Source of the DNA: an uncultured Desulfobacterales bacterium
Lineage (GTDB): Bacteria; Desulfobacterota; Desulfobacteria; Desulfobacterales; B30-G6
Assembly: GCA_964435695.1 (NCBI GenBank)
Contig: CAYTAQ010000003.1
Span: 1 to 62,178, forward strand
Direction of reading: 5' to 3'
DNA length: 62,178 nt
The notes beneath the pieces were generated by a model that was given only the letters and a program-made list of their open reading frames with translations, was not told where the DNA came from and ran no database searches. The translations under genes and the position numbers were made by a program. Each line of letters begins with the position of its first letter. Within the stretch, counting starts at the first letter, position 1. This document shows positions 37,778 to 47,295 of this stretch, piece by piece.

Positions 37778-38632
37778 TCAAACATAGTAAGGCACCTCGA
37801 TGTCACAGATGATCTCCTTTACATCGGGAATTTTCTTCACTGCAGACGTGATCTCCCGATATAAATCGTTCCGGATTTGCGTTTGAATCTGCTGCTGCAT
37901 CTCCGGGCTGGTAAAATCCGTGATCTTGATCTTCTGGCCCTTGACTTTGATATGAACGCTGCCGTCCCTGCAGGTGACTTCGTCGGCGCTGCAGATCCCG
38001 TTGATGACGGCACTGACATGGCTGCACAGGGCCAGGTCGTACAGCGCGGTCCTGGACACAGTCGTCGCTTTGAACGTGTCGCTCTTGGCCGCCGTGCAAA
38101 TAACGTCACAGGCGTCCTGAATCCTCAACCGGCCGATATGCAGTACCATATCATAAAACTGCGGATTGCTCATGTCTTTTTTGTAAATGTAGTGATACCA
38201 TTCAGCCCGTTCATTGTCCTCCTGTTCGATGAGGTGCAGCGCGACATCCCGGGAAACCTTTTTCTGGCGTTGAAGGAAGGTCACGCGATCTTCCATGTCG
38301 GCCATTACCCGGATCTTCAACACGTGCGAAATACCGGGCAGCAGAATGTGACCGGCATAACCGTGATAGACGATATTATCCTTTTTGGCATGTTCCATCA
38401 GGGCGGTACGGATGAAATCGAGAAAGTGTCGCCGGGCGTGGGTAATACGTTCGATCAGACCGGGGGCGCCGTGGAGAGTCTCCGCCAGCTTTTTCTCGGG
38501 GATGTTGAAGGATTCGGATGCCTCCAGGAGCACTTCCTGGCTGATGCATTCATAACCGAGTGCCGCCGCCACCCGCTCGGCAATTTCTCTGCCGTGGCTG
38601 AAGCACCCTCTTGAAATTGTAATAATTGCCAT
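37778..38632 (-). CDS. Cytidylate kinase-like family protein with C-terminal BON-like domain
   Basis: IITISRGCFSHG-EIAERVA, VYHGYAGH, LKIRVMAD; start ATG 38632. Confidence 0.8.
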   Translation of the reverse strand: MAIITISRGCFSHGREIAERVAAALGYECISQEVLLEASESFNIPEKKLAETLHGAPGLIERITHARRHFLDFIRTALMEHAKKDNIVYHGYAGHILLPGISHVLKIRVMADMEDRVTFLQRQKKVSRDVALHLIEQEDNERAEWYHYIYKKDMSNPQFYDMVLHIGRLRIQDACDVICTAAKSDTFKATTVSRTALYDLALCSHVSAVINGICSADEVTCRDGSVHIKVKGQKIKITDFTSPEMQQQIQTQIRNDLYREITSAVKKIPDVKEIICDIEVPYYV

Positions 38633-38655
38633 GTGAAAAAAACCTCTCTTTTCAT

Positions 38656-38710
38656 ACCACCGCAACCCCGCGCAGCCCTGGACGGCAAGGCTGCGCGGGG
38701 TTGCGGTGGT
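38656..38710. other. 22-bp perfect intergenic hairpin
   Basis: ACCACCGCAACCCCGCGCAGCC / GGCTGCGCGGGGTTGCGGTGGT, 11-nt loop, no U tract. Confidence 0.8.
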
Positions 38711-38717
38711 TGATCTA

Positions 38718-40529
38718 TTAAATTCCGTAAAAGAAGTAAAGGATTGACAGTTCGACGCTCAAAAAAATAACGGTCATGATCAGGCCGGCTTTGGCATAAT
38801 CCAGGGTTCGATAACCGCCGGGCCGCATGACCAGGGCGTTGACCTGATGCGTGGGCAGCACGAAGGTGTTGGACGCCGACAACCCGACCACCAGGGCCGC
38901 CATGCGCGGATCAGCTCCGGCAATGACCGCCATGTTCATGCACAGGGGCACCAGCAGCACGGTTGCGCCCACGTTTGAAATCACCAGGGTAAAAAAGGAG
39001 GTCATGATGCCTACAGCGGTCAACAGCAAGATGGGAGACGGCTGTCCCAGCAGCCCCAGTATCTGGTTGGCGATAAAGGCCGCGGTGCCGGTTTTTTCAA
39101 AGGCCATGCCAAGCGGAATGAGACCCGCCAGCAGAAATACGGTCATCCAGTCGACCGCCCGGTAGGCCTCGTCGATGTTGAGCACCCCACTGATGATCAT
39201 TCCCAGGGCGCCCGACATGAGGGCCACCGAAAGCTGAATCTTGAAAAAAATGATCTGGGCAAGTGAGACCGCCAGCCATAAAATGGCCAGTTTTGCTTTC
39301 TGGGGCCGCATGATTTCGCCTTCGAGCGGCGTCGCGAAGGTCAGCGCTCGTGGCTGCGGCCTGTTCTTGAGAATATGAAACCGCTCCCAGGGCCCCTGCA
39401 GAAGCAGGGTATCACCCATCTGGAGCTGAATGTGGGTCAGACCGCTGTAATAGATGCGTTTGCCTTTGAACAGGGCGACTGGATTGAGCTGGTAAAGATC
39501 CTTGAAGTTGACTTCGTTCATGGTTTTGCCGACCAGCTCCGACCGGGGTGAAACCACGGTTTCAGCCATGCCCGCATTGGTTCGGGAAAGGCTTTCGCCA
39601 AATGTATTCAGGCTTTCTTTGAGCGTCCAGCCATACTCCGATGCGAGCTGCCTTACATTTTTTTCCCTGCCCACCACGGCGATGTCGTCATTGGCGGCAA
39701 TGGGGCTGTAGCTTCTGGGAACGAAATTTTTTTCCTTTTTGTCCGCGTGGTAGACGGCTACGACGGTGACGAGAAATTTTGTCCTTATGTCAAGTTCGGA
39801 GAGTGTGCGCGGACCGTTGAAGTTTTCCGGCACCAGCAGTTCGAAGGTGCTGCCCAGCGCCTTATACTCTTCCATCAGCGAAGCCGTTACGCCCTTGTCA
39901 GCCTCCCCCTTGGCGGCCGGCAGGACAAAACGGCCGAACAAAACGAAATAGAGGATGGCGCTTCCCAGCAGACAGATTCCGATGGGCGTCTGGGTGAAGA
40001 GACCGAAGGGTTCCAGCTTTTCACCGCCGAGAACCATCAGGTCGTTCAGCAGAATCGTGGGGCTGGCGCCGACAAGCGTGATGGTCCCGCCGATAATTGC
40101 GCAAAATCCCATGGGCATGAGGATACGCGAAACCGGGACATTCATCCTTTTTGCGATCCGCTGTGCGGCCGGTAAAAAAAGCGCGGCCGCGCCGATATTC
40201 TGCATCATGCTCGAAATGATGCCCACAGCACCTGAAATCAGCGTAATGACGCGTTTTTCGCTTTTGCCGGCAAAGCGAATTATCGGGCCGGCAACTTGAT
40301 TCATCACGCCCGTTTTGTCCAGTCCGGCGCCGATGATGATCACGGCGATGATGGAGCAGACCGCATTGCTGCTAAGCCCCACAAAGGCGTCTTTAGGTGA
40401 AACGAGGCCGATTAGAGGAAGCAGCACCATCATGATAATGCCGACGACGTCAACCCTCACCCATTCAAAAACAAAGAGAACGATTACAAAAACAAGCACG
40501 ATCATAGTTAAAATCATGTCAGGTGCCAT
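38718..40529 (-). CDS. SLC13/DASS family permease with TrkA-C domains
   Basis: IIGAGLDKTG, MMQNIGAAA, GGTITLVGAS, SNVGATVLLVP, PTHQVNALV. Confidence 0.9.
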   Translation of the reverse strand: MAPDMILTMIVLVFVIVLFVFEWVRVDVVGIIMMVLLPLIGLVSPKDAFVGLSSNAVCSIIAVIIIGAGLDKTGVMNQVAGPIIRFAGKSEKRVITLISGAVGIISSMMQNIGAAALFLPAAQRIAKRMNVPVSRILMPMGFCAIIGGTITLVGASPTILLNDLMVLGGEKLEPFGLFTQTPIGICLLGSAILYFVLFGRFVLPAAKGEADKGVTASLMEEYKALGSTFELLVPENFNGPRTLSELDIRTKFLVTVVAVYHADKKEKNFVPRSYSPIAANDDIAVVGREKNVRQLASEYGWTLKESLNTFGESLSRTNAGMAETVVSPRSELVGKTMNEVNFKDLYQLNPVALFKGKRIYYSGLTHIQLQMGDTLLLQGPWERFHILKNRPQPRALTFATPLEGEIMRPQKAKLAILWLAVSLAQIIFFKIQLSVALMSGALGMIISGVLNIDEAYRAVDWMTVFLLAGLIPLGMAFEKTGTAAFIANQILGLLGQPSPILLLTAVGIMTSFFTLVISNVGATVLLVPLCMNMAVIAGADPRMAALVVGLSASNTFVLPTHQVNALVMRPGGYRTLDYAKAGLIMTVIFLSVELSILYFFYGI

Positions 40530-40551
40530 CCATGAAGCTCCTTATTAATTA

Positions 40552-40626
40552 TTATTTCCTGAAAGTGTAGCAGAGGCCTGCGGCAATCAGGACAAGCGCA
40601 ACAGACATAAAAAAATGTGCATCCAT
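40552..40626 (-). CDS. Candidate 24-aa single-TM peptide
   Basis: MDAHFFMSVALVLIAAGLCYTFRK*, preceded by purine-rich AGGAAAGGATGATGAG; below the ORF-track length cut-off. Confidence 0.45.
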   Translation of the reverse strand: MDAHFFMSVALVLIAAGLCYTFRK

Positions 40627-40646
40627 CTCATCATCCTTTCCTGAGA

Positions 40647-40725
40647 GCAACACACGGCCGGATATCCGCCGGTCGACCCCGTTTCGCAAGGGCATCGCAC
40701 CGGTGAATGTCCGGCCGTGTGTTGC
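40647..40725. other. Long intergenic hairpin
   Basis: GCAACACACGGCCGGATAT / ATGTCCGGCCGTGTGTTGC (19 bp, one G-U), continued by CGCCGGT/ACCGGTG. Confidence 0.75.
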
Positions 40726-40748
40726 TTCATCAGCTCAGTGCTTGCTCA

Positions 40749-41309
40749 TCAGTGCATTGAATAGACAAAGACTTCTCTGCGCGGGCGATTGTCCTTGGCG
40801 ATACGATCGACCGCTTCCGCGGGCTGTACATCGGATATGACAAACTCGATATCCGCGTATTCCCGCTGTATTTCTTCCAGGGCCTGGTCCGGCTCGCTGA
40901 AACGGACCAAATGGGTAAAATGGATACCCGTTTTTTCCGCGGCCCGTTGAAATTCTGCAACATTTTCCCGGGCCAGGCTTTCGAATTGCTCACAGAGTTT
41001 ATTCTGGGAAGCGGAAAAAAGCCTAAACGTGTCGCAGGAGAGCGGCGCCGTGCTCAAAGCCAGGATCTCGTAAGACATCCGCTGGGCCATTTCGAGGGCA
41101 TAATCGACAATTTTGGGGGAAAAGGTGCTTTCCCTCCCCATGACCAAAAGCCTGGCGGAAGTTTCCGCAGCGCTTTCAGCAGGTGCAAACACCGCCTGAA
41201 GCGGAGCCGGCTGACCTGCCTGTGCATAGGTAATGGCCTCCTGATATTGGTCCATACGACCGGCAAAATGCCGTGCCCGGTCTTTGATCCTCCCGAAAAT
41301 GTTCGCCAT
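40749..41309 (-). CDS. Hypothetical protein, USP-like fold suspected
   Basis: LLVMGRESTFS-KIVDYALEMAQRM-YEILAL, IEFVISD. Confidence 0.7.
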   Translation of the reverse strand: MANIFGRIKDRARHFAGRMDQYQEAITYAQAGQPAPLQAVFAPAESAAETSARLLVMGRESTFSPKIVDYALEMAQRMSYEILALSTAPLSCDTFRLFSASQNKLCEQFESLARENVAEFQRAAEKTGIHFTHLVRFSEPDQALEEIQREYADIEFVISDVQPAEAVDRIAKDNRPRREVFVYSMH

Positions 41310-41346
41310 TTCAAACCTCCTTCTCGCCTAAATGTATTTTGAGCAT

Positions 41347-41856
41347 TCAGCCCCTCACGAATACGAGGGGTGTTGCCAGCTTGCTCCCGATACGGCGGGC
41401 CAATGCCCGCTGCTGGTTATCGGCTGACCACCGCAACCCGCCGGATGCAGGCGGCGTGTCGTAGATGGTTAAAACCACGTCAGGATGCTTCTCCACGTAT
41501 CGAATGATTTCTTCTTCCGGATCGCCCGGCGTGACCACAAAATGATAGTCGATAGGCGTGCGCGCCAGGTTCGGACCGGGGTCCTTGAAATTGTTTCCTG
41601 CAAAATCTCTCAACGCTTCGGCCATATCGTGCTCCCCGGCCTCGGAAAACGTCACCGAGACCATGGCGTCTTCGAATAAGCTATTCATCTGCCGCAGGCC
41701 TGTTTTGATTTTTTTAAGATATCTTCGATAGCCTCGCTGCCGGATAATATGGACAACATCCAGCCCGGCACGAATAGGTCTGCAAAACTTGAGCGCAAAT
41801 TGGAGCGCCTTTTGGTCCGGTGGCATGCTGCCAATGGCCAGTAGTATCTTTTTCAT
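41347..41856 (-). CDS. Universal stress protein-like protein
   Basis: KKILLAI...KALQFAL, GDPEEEIIRYV, KLATPLVFV. Confidence 0.75.
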   Translation of the reverse strand: MKKILLAIGSMPPDQKALQFALKFCRPIRAGLDVVHIIRQRGYRRYLKKIKTGLRQMNSLFEDAMVSVTFSEAGEHDMAEALRDFAGNNFKDPGPNLARTPIDYHFVVTPGDPEEEIIRYVEKHPDVVLTIYDTPPASGGLRWSADNQQRALARRIGSKLATPLVFVRG

Positions 41857-41890
41857 GATTTTGGCTCGGCAATTTCTGTTTGAATTTGGA

Positions 41891-42073
41891 TCAAATCCTC
41901 ATCACGGGCCGCGAAGCGACCTGCTGCCGGATCTTCTCTGCCGTAATCCGGGATCGTCGCAAAGGTGTTTCACTCATGATGGTGCGGGCCGTTTTCCAGT
42001 CGTTCGCTTCGGCGAAGGCCACCGCCACCATCAACCGCTCAAAGGCATCCATCATTTTTTTTATCGCAAACAT
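41891..42073 (-). CDS. Small hypothetical protein (60 aa)
   Basis: SD GAGGAGGAG; FERLMVAVAFAEANDWKTARTIM. Confidence 0.7.
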   Translation of the reverse strand: MFAIKKMMDAFERLMVAVAFAEANDWKTARTIMSETPLRRSRITAEKIRQQVASRPVMRI

Positions 42074-42129
42074 GTCAAATCTCCTCCTCGATATTGGGTG
42101 TTTTAAATTTATTTTTACCGCCCTAATAA

Positions 42130-42144
42130 TCAAAGTTCGTGCCA
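42130..42144 (-). promoter_or_regulatory. Sigma54 promoter of the SLC13 operon
   Basis: TGGCAC-GAACT-TTGA. Confidence 0.7.
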
Positions 42145-42223
42145 CATGCGGAAAAAAGTATATAACTAATTGATATATATTATTATTATATGAGTGTTAG
42201 TGGTATTTCAAAAATTTAAAAAC

Positions 42224-42327
42224 CGTTACAATTTGCAATGGTATTATCCGCCATGTCAAATAAGCATTGATTAACAGGTAGTTATGTACTGTTGCCGGAG
42301 AAGCGAACAGCGTTGCAGATCGCAACG
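42224..42327. promoter_or_regulatory. Candidate enhancer sites
   Basis: CGTTAC-N5-GCAATG (42224-42240) and perfect CGTTGC-N5-GCAACG (42311-42327). Confidence 0.5.
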
Positions 42328-42460
42328 AAATCCAGGCAAACCAACACGTCGAAACAATTTTGCATCGGCCGGTTATTTGTGGTATTCAGTCTTTGGTGTG
42401 TCTTGCAGCCGATGTTTTTCCTGGCGCGACCATGCCCTTCGGGTAAAAGAAAGGGTAATC

Positions 42461-44461
42461 ATGCGAATTTTCAAAAAAGAAGACGTGCAGGGGGCAGGAA
42501 GCAGCGAACTCGATGAGCTGCGCAGGACGGTTGGCGATGCCGGTCTGCCCGGGGATGTTGAAAAGGCTGCCCAAAAGGAACTCGACCGGATCGAGAAAAT
42601 GGGGCCGGCCAGCGCCGAATACACGATAGGTATCAACTATATTGATTTTGTGGCCAGTCTGCCCTGGCTCAAATCCACCGAGGACCGGCTGGACCTCAAA
42701 TCGGCGGAAGCGATTCTGGATGCCGAGCACTTCGGCCTTACGGAAATAAAAAACCGCATTCTGGAACACCTGGCCGTCAGGATACTGCAAACGTCACACC
42801 GCGAAAAGATGCTGGTGGTGGACGACGAAAAAATCACGCGTATGAATCTTGAGCATGTCCTTTCAAAGGAGGGCTACGATGTCGTGGTTGCCGCCGATGG
42901 ATCCGATGCGCTGGCGCTTTTGGAAAAAAACAGATTCGACGTTATCCTCACCGATTTAAAAATGGAAAAAGTCGACGGTATGGAGGTGCTCGGGAAGGCC
43001 AAGGAGAAAGATCCGTCCACGGAGGTCATCATTATCACCGGATATGCCACGGTGCCTACGGCGGTCGAGGCCATGCAGAAGGGATCGTATCACTTTCTGG
43101 CCAAGCCGTTGAAACTGAATGAAATCAGGTCCACCGTCCAGCAGGCATTATCCCGCAAACACGGCCGGTTCGAATCCCGCGGTTCGGTGCTTTGTTTTGC
43201 CGGGCCGCCCGGAACGGGAAAAACCTCGCTGGGGATGTCCATCGCCAGGAGCATGCACCGCAAATTTACGCGAATCTCTTTGGCGGGCATGAAGGATGAA
43301 GCCCAGCTCAGAGGGCATCGGCGAAGCTATGTAGGCGCTCTGCCCGGAAGAATCATTCAGGAAATCAGGCGCTGTGATACCCGCAACCCGGTCTTCATGC
43401 TGGACGAGTTGGACAAGATCGGCCAGGATTTCAAGGGCGATTCGGCTGCCGCCCTTCTGGAAATCCTGGACCCGGAACAGAACACCCATTTCATGGACCA
43501 CTATCTGGACATTCCTTTTGATCTGTCAAAAGTCATGTTTATCGCCACCGCCAATGCAGTGGACACAATTCCCGGCCCCCTGCTGGACCGTCTGGAGGTT
43601 TTGTGGCTTTCAGGGTATACGGACGTGGAAAAAACGCAAATCGCCTTCAATTATCTGATACCCAGAGAAAACCGCGCCGCAGGGCTTACCGATCCACCGG
43701 TCCGGTTTACCCCGGAAGCGGTGCGCAAGATAATTCGCGAATACACCCGGGAGGCCGGTCTGCGCGATCTGCAGCGACAGATTGCTTCGCTGTGCAGAAA
43801 AATAGCCCGCAACAAGCTGGATCCAAAAATAGGAATTGAGGATCTCCTGATTACCGAACAGCATGTTGAGACCCTTCTGGGACCCTGCCGGTTTTTCGTT
43901 GAGGTCGCGCATGCCAAAGACCGCATCGGCGTAGCGACCGCCCTTGCATGGACGGATGCCGGCGGAGAAATCGTTTTTATCGAAGCAACCAAAATGAAGG
44001 GTCGCAATCACCTTATCCTGACCGGATCGCTGGGCACGGTAATGAAGGAATCCGCCCAGGCGGCGTTGAGCTATATCCGCAGTCATGTCGAAGATTATGG
44101 AATAGCGGAGGACTTTTTCGAACAGCACGACATCCACATCCATATCCCGGCCGGTGCGATTCCTAAAGACGGCCCGTCGGCAGGTCTGCCGATCGCCATG
44201 GCGCTGTTGTCCCTGATTACCGGGCGGCCCTGCCGCCGCGATGTGGCCCTTAGCGGTGAGCTGACCTTGACCGGGCGCATACTGCCGGTGGGCGGTGTAA
44301 AGGAAAAGGTGCTGGCCGCCCATCGGGCCGGTGTAAAAACGGTTATATTTCCAGCCAAAAACAGTGCCAATCTGCAGGATATCCCCATCGAGATCGAAAA
44401 TGAACTCACCATCTCTTCGGTCGAAGAATTGTACCAGGCAGTCGATCTGGTCTTAAAATAG
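42461..44461 (+). CDS. lon: Lon protease lacking the N domain, with a receiver domain inserted before Walker A
   Basis: GPPGTGKTS, LDELDK, REAGLRDL, PKDGPSAG (catalytic Ser), GGVKEK (catalytic Lys); REC MLVVDD...TDLKM...AKP; start ATG 42461. Confidence 0.9.
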   Translation: MRIFKKEDVQGAGSSELDELRRTVGDAGLPGDVEKAAQKELDRIEKMGPASAEYTIGINYIDFVASLPWLKSTEDRLDLKSAEAILDAEHFGLTEIKNRILEHLAVRILQTSHREKMLVVDDEKITRMNLEHVLSKEGYDVVVAADGSDALALLEKNRFDVILTDLKMEKVDGMEVLGKAKEKDPSTEVIIITGYATVPTAVEAMQKGSYHFLAKPLKLNEIRSTVQQALSRKHGRFESRGSVLCFAGPPGTGKTSLGMSIARSMHRKFTRISLAGMKDEAQLRGHRRSYVGALPGRIIQEIRRCDTRNPVFMLDELDKIGQDFKGDSAAALLEILDPEQNTHFMDHYLDIPFDLSKVMFIATANAVDTIPGPLLDRLEVLWLSGYTDVEKTQIAFNYLIPRENRAAGLTDPPVRFTPEAVRKIIREYTREAGLRDLQRQIASLCRKIARNKLDPKIGIEDLLITEQHVETLLGPCRFFVEVAHAKDRIGVATALAWTDAGGEIVFIEATKMKGRNHLILTGSLGTVMKESAQAALSYIRSHVEDYGIAEDFFEQHDIHIHIPAGAIPKDGPSAGLPIAMALLSLITGRPCRRDVALSGELTLTGRILPVGGVKEKVLAAHRAGVKTVIFPAKNSANLQDIPIEIENELTISSVEELYQAVDLVLK

Positions 44462-44532
44462 CATTCCGCGTGCCCAGCGAAGCATGAAACTGTTTTTTTC
44501 TTTGGAACATGCTTTTGTTATGAAGAAATCCT

Positions 44533-45621
44533 TTAGCCGTTCTTTTGTTCGAAGTCCTTCATAAACTGACAGAGCTTCTCAACCGCTTCAATGGGTGTGG
44601 GATTGTAAATAGACGCCCGGCAACCGCCCACGGAGCGATGGCCCTTCAAACCGCCCATTTTATTTTCAAGGGCCTGCTGCACAAAGGCTTTTTCCAGATC
44701 TTCGCTGGGAAGGCGAAATGTGACGTTCATCATGGAACGGCTGGCGACTTCCGCCGTCCCCCTGTAAAAATCACTGTCATCAATCGTCTTGTAAAGCATA
44801 CCGGCCTTTTTCAGATTGACTTCCTTCATTTTCTCCAATCCGCCGATGGTTTCTTCCAGCCACTTTAAAACCAGCTGAACCGTATAGACGGCAAAACACG
44901 GCGGCGTATTAAACATGGAATTCTTTGCTGCAAAGGTGGTGTATTTCAGGATGGTAGGCAGATCATCCGGCACCATTTTTAAGAAATCATCCCGAATGAC
45001 GACAACACATACGCCGGCAGGTCCCATGTTTTTCTGCGCACCGGCATAAAACATTCCGAACCGGCCCGCATCAAACGGCCGGCTCAATATGTCCGAAGAC
45101 ATGTCCGCAATCAGCGGCACGCCGCCGGTATCGGGAAATTCAGCCCACTGGGTTCCTTTGATGGTGTTGTTCGACGTGATATGGGCATAGACCGCATCCC
45201 TGCTGAAGGGGATGTTCCTGGGTATATAAGAAAAATTCTTGTCTTCCGAAGACGCAACGACCTTGATTTGCTTGCCCTGAATTTCAGCCTCTTTAATGGC
45301 CTTGGTCGACCAGGTACCGGTGTTGACATAATCCGCTGACGCATCAGCGGCTAAAAAATTCATCGGTACCATGCAAAACTGTATGCTGGCGCCCCCCTGT
45401 AGAAACAGGACATGAAAGGTATCATCCAACCCTAAAAGACGCTTCAACCTTGCAACGGCATCGTTTATGACATCATCAAACCATTTTGACCTGTGACTGA
45501 CTTCGGTAATAGACATGCCCGATCCCCTGAAATCAAGAAAGGACGCTTGAATTTCTTCCAAAACGCTTAAAGGCAGCGCAGCCGGACCCGCATTAAAGTT
45601 GTAGATTCGATTTGTCGTCAT
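44533..45621 (-). CDS. serC: Phosphoserine aminotransferase
   Basis: NFNAGPAALP, DMSSD, YAGAQKN, GHRSVGGCRASIYN. Confidence 0.97.
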   Translation of the reverse strand: MTTNRIYNFNAGPAALPLSVLEEIQASFLDFRGSGMSITEVSHRSKWFDDVINDAVARLKRLLGLDDTFHVLFLQGGASIQFCMVPMNFLAADASADYVNTGTWSTKAIKEAEIQGKQIKVVASSEDKNFSYIPRNIPFSRDAVYAHITSNNTIKGTQWAEFPDTGGVPLIADMSSDILSRPFDAGRFGMFYAGAQKNMGPAGVCVVVIRDDFLKMVPDDLPTILKYTTFAAKNSMFNTPPCFAVYTVQLVLKWLEETIGGLEKMKEVNLKKAGMLYKTIDDSDFYRGTAEVASRSMMNVTFRLPSEDLEKAFVQQALENKMGGLKGHRSVGGCRASIYNPTPIEAVEKLCQFMKDFEQKNG

Positions 45622-45723
45622 TTGAATGCCTCCATTTATTATTGAGAGTTAAGCTATCTTTTAGCGCTTATTAATATATTCTTCTTTTATTTGCACAGAA
45701 AGAAATCAAGATGTCAATCGGAA

Positions 45724-45820
45724 ATAAATTTTCATGCTTCCTTTTTTGAAACTATCTATCGAATTATAATATTAGGGGGTGTTGCATGCCTCGTTGTGCT
45801 TTGGAGGCATGAAAATTTAT
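45724..45820. mobile_element. MITE-like element, copy 1 (97 bp)
   Basis: 14-bp perfect terminal inverted repeats ATAAATTTTCATGC/GCATGAAAATTTAT; interior homologous to the reverse complement of 51729-51826. Confidence 0.8.
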
Positions 45821-45950
45821 GATAAATTGAGACGTATTGACAAAAGATATGATTCACCTTAATTGAAGAAGATGATAAAATAAATCCTAAAGCTTAAAAC
45901 CGGATGAATTCGATTTTTTACGAATTCATCGGCAAGAGGAAATAGCCGAC

Positions 45951-47267
45951 ATGAACATATACCGATATCCATCCCTACGAGCGAACAAAAAAATCGCCGC
46001 CATTGAAAACAGGGCCATCGGATTCAAAAAGAAAGACATCAACGCTGTTTCACGCATACTGGAAAACGTCAGAAGAAAAGGCGATCGGGCACTGATTGAA
46101 TACACCCATCGCTTTGACGATGCTGATTTAAGCGCTGATTCCATTCAGGTAACCCGCAAGGAGATGGAAACAGCCGCTGCGCAGGTGGATCGATCATTTA
46201 TTCGCGCCTTGAATCGTGCTGCAAAGCAGATCAAGCAGTTCCATCAGCAGCAGGTGCAGGCATCCTGGATCAAAACGGATCGACCCGGCACACTGGTCGG
46301 GCAAATGGTATCACCGGTGGAAGCCGCGGGCATTTACGTTCCCGGCGGCAGAGGTGGAAAAACCCCATTGGTATCTTCGGTTTTGATGTGTGCGATTCCC
46401 GCAACCATCGCCGGCGTCAAAAAAATTGTCATGGTAACCCCGCCCACGCAAAACGGTTCCGTGGATCCGCATTTGCTCGTCGCTGCAAAAAAGGCGGGCG
46501 TTCACGAGGTTTATAAGATTGGAAGCGCCTGGGCTGTCGCGGCTTTGGCTTATGGCACGGAAACGGTTCCCAAAACCAATGTCATCGTCGGACCGGGAAA
46601 TATGTATGTCACGCTTGCTAAAAAAATCGTTGCAGGCAACGTGGGTATCGATATGATCGCAGGCCCCAGTGAAATATTGATTGTCGCCGATGATGATGCA
46701 GTGCCTGAATATATTGCGGCCGATCTTCTTTCCCAGGCGGAGCATGATCCTTTGGCTTCTTCCATCCTGGTGACGACCTCGGAGCGGATTGCTGCCGACG
46801 TATCAACGGTTCTGAAAAACCAGCTGCGCAATCTCTCACGAAAGGATATCGTAGAAGCATCCCTGCGCAAGTATGGGACTATTCTGGTTGTTCCGGATAT
46901 CTCAACAGCCATCGATGTTGCCAATCGCGTTGCGCCGGAACACCTGGAATTGCAGGTTCAAGACCCTTTCAGCTTGATCGGGTTGATTCAAAATGCCGGC
47001 GCCGTATTTATCGGTGATTATACACCCGAACCGGTGGGCGATTACATGGCCGGGCCAAATCATGTCCTCCCCACAGCCGGTACGGCACGCTATGCTTCCG
47101 CGCTCTCCGTCGATAACTTTGTCAAGAAAACCAGCCTGCTTCACTATTCAGCCGCTGCTTTTCGAAAAGAAGCAGCCGATATCATTCGCATCGCGGAAGT
47201 CGAAGGACTGGACGCTCATGCCCATGCGGTGAAGATCCGCTTAAAGAACGATCAGCATCACAAATAA
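45951..47267 (+). CDS. hisD: Histidinol dehydrogenase
   Basis: GIYVPGG, IVGPGNMYV, IAGPSEI, LSQAEHD, APEHLE, GPNHVLPT. Confidence 0.97.
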   Translation: MNIYRYPSLRANKKIAAIENRAIGFKKKDINAVSRILENVRRKGDRALIEYTHRFDDADLSADSIQVTRKEMETAAAQVDRSFIRALNRAAKQIKQFHQQQVQASWIKTDRPGTLVGQMVSPVEAAGIYVPGGRGGKTPLVSSVLMCAIPATIAGVKKIVMVTPPTQNGSVDPHLLVAAKKAGVHEVYKIGSAWAVAALAYGTETVPKTNVIVGPGNMYVTLAKKIVAGNVGIDMIAGPSEILIVADDDAVPEYIAADLLSQAEHDPLASSILVTTSERIAADVSTVLKNQLRNLSRKDIVEASLRKYGTILVVPDISTAIDVANRVAPEHLELQVQDPFSLIGLIQNAGAVFIGDYTPEPVGDYMAGPNHVLPTAGTARYASALSVDNFVKKTSLLHYSAAAFRKEAADIIRIAEVEGLDAHAHAVKIRLKNDQHHK

Positions 47268-47295
47268 AACTCTTTGCCCGGGGGGTAGCGCATAC

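Noticed and set aside
42284-42460. 59-aa N-terminal extension of Lon, and a sigma54 promoter at 42422
   Set aside because: The extension is not Lon-like and ATG 42461 has an upstream purine tract; TGGCGCGACCATGC has 9 rather than 10 nt between GG and GC
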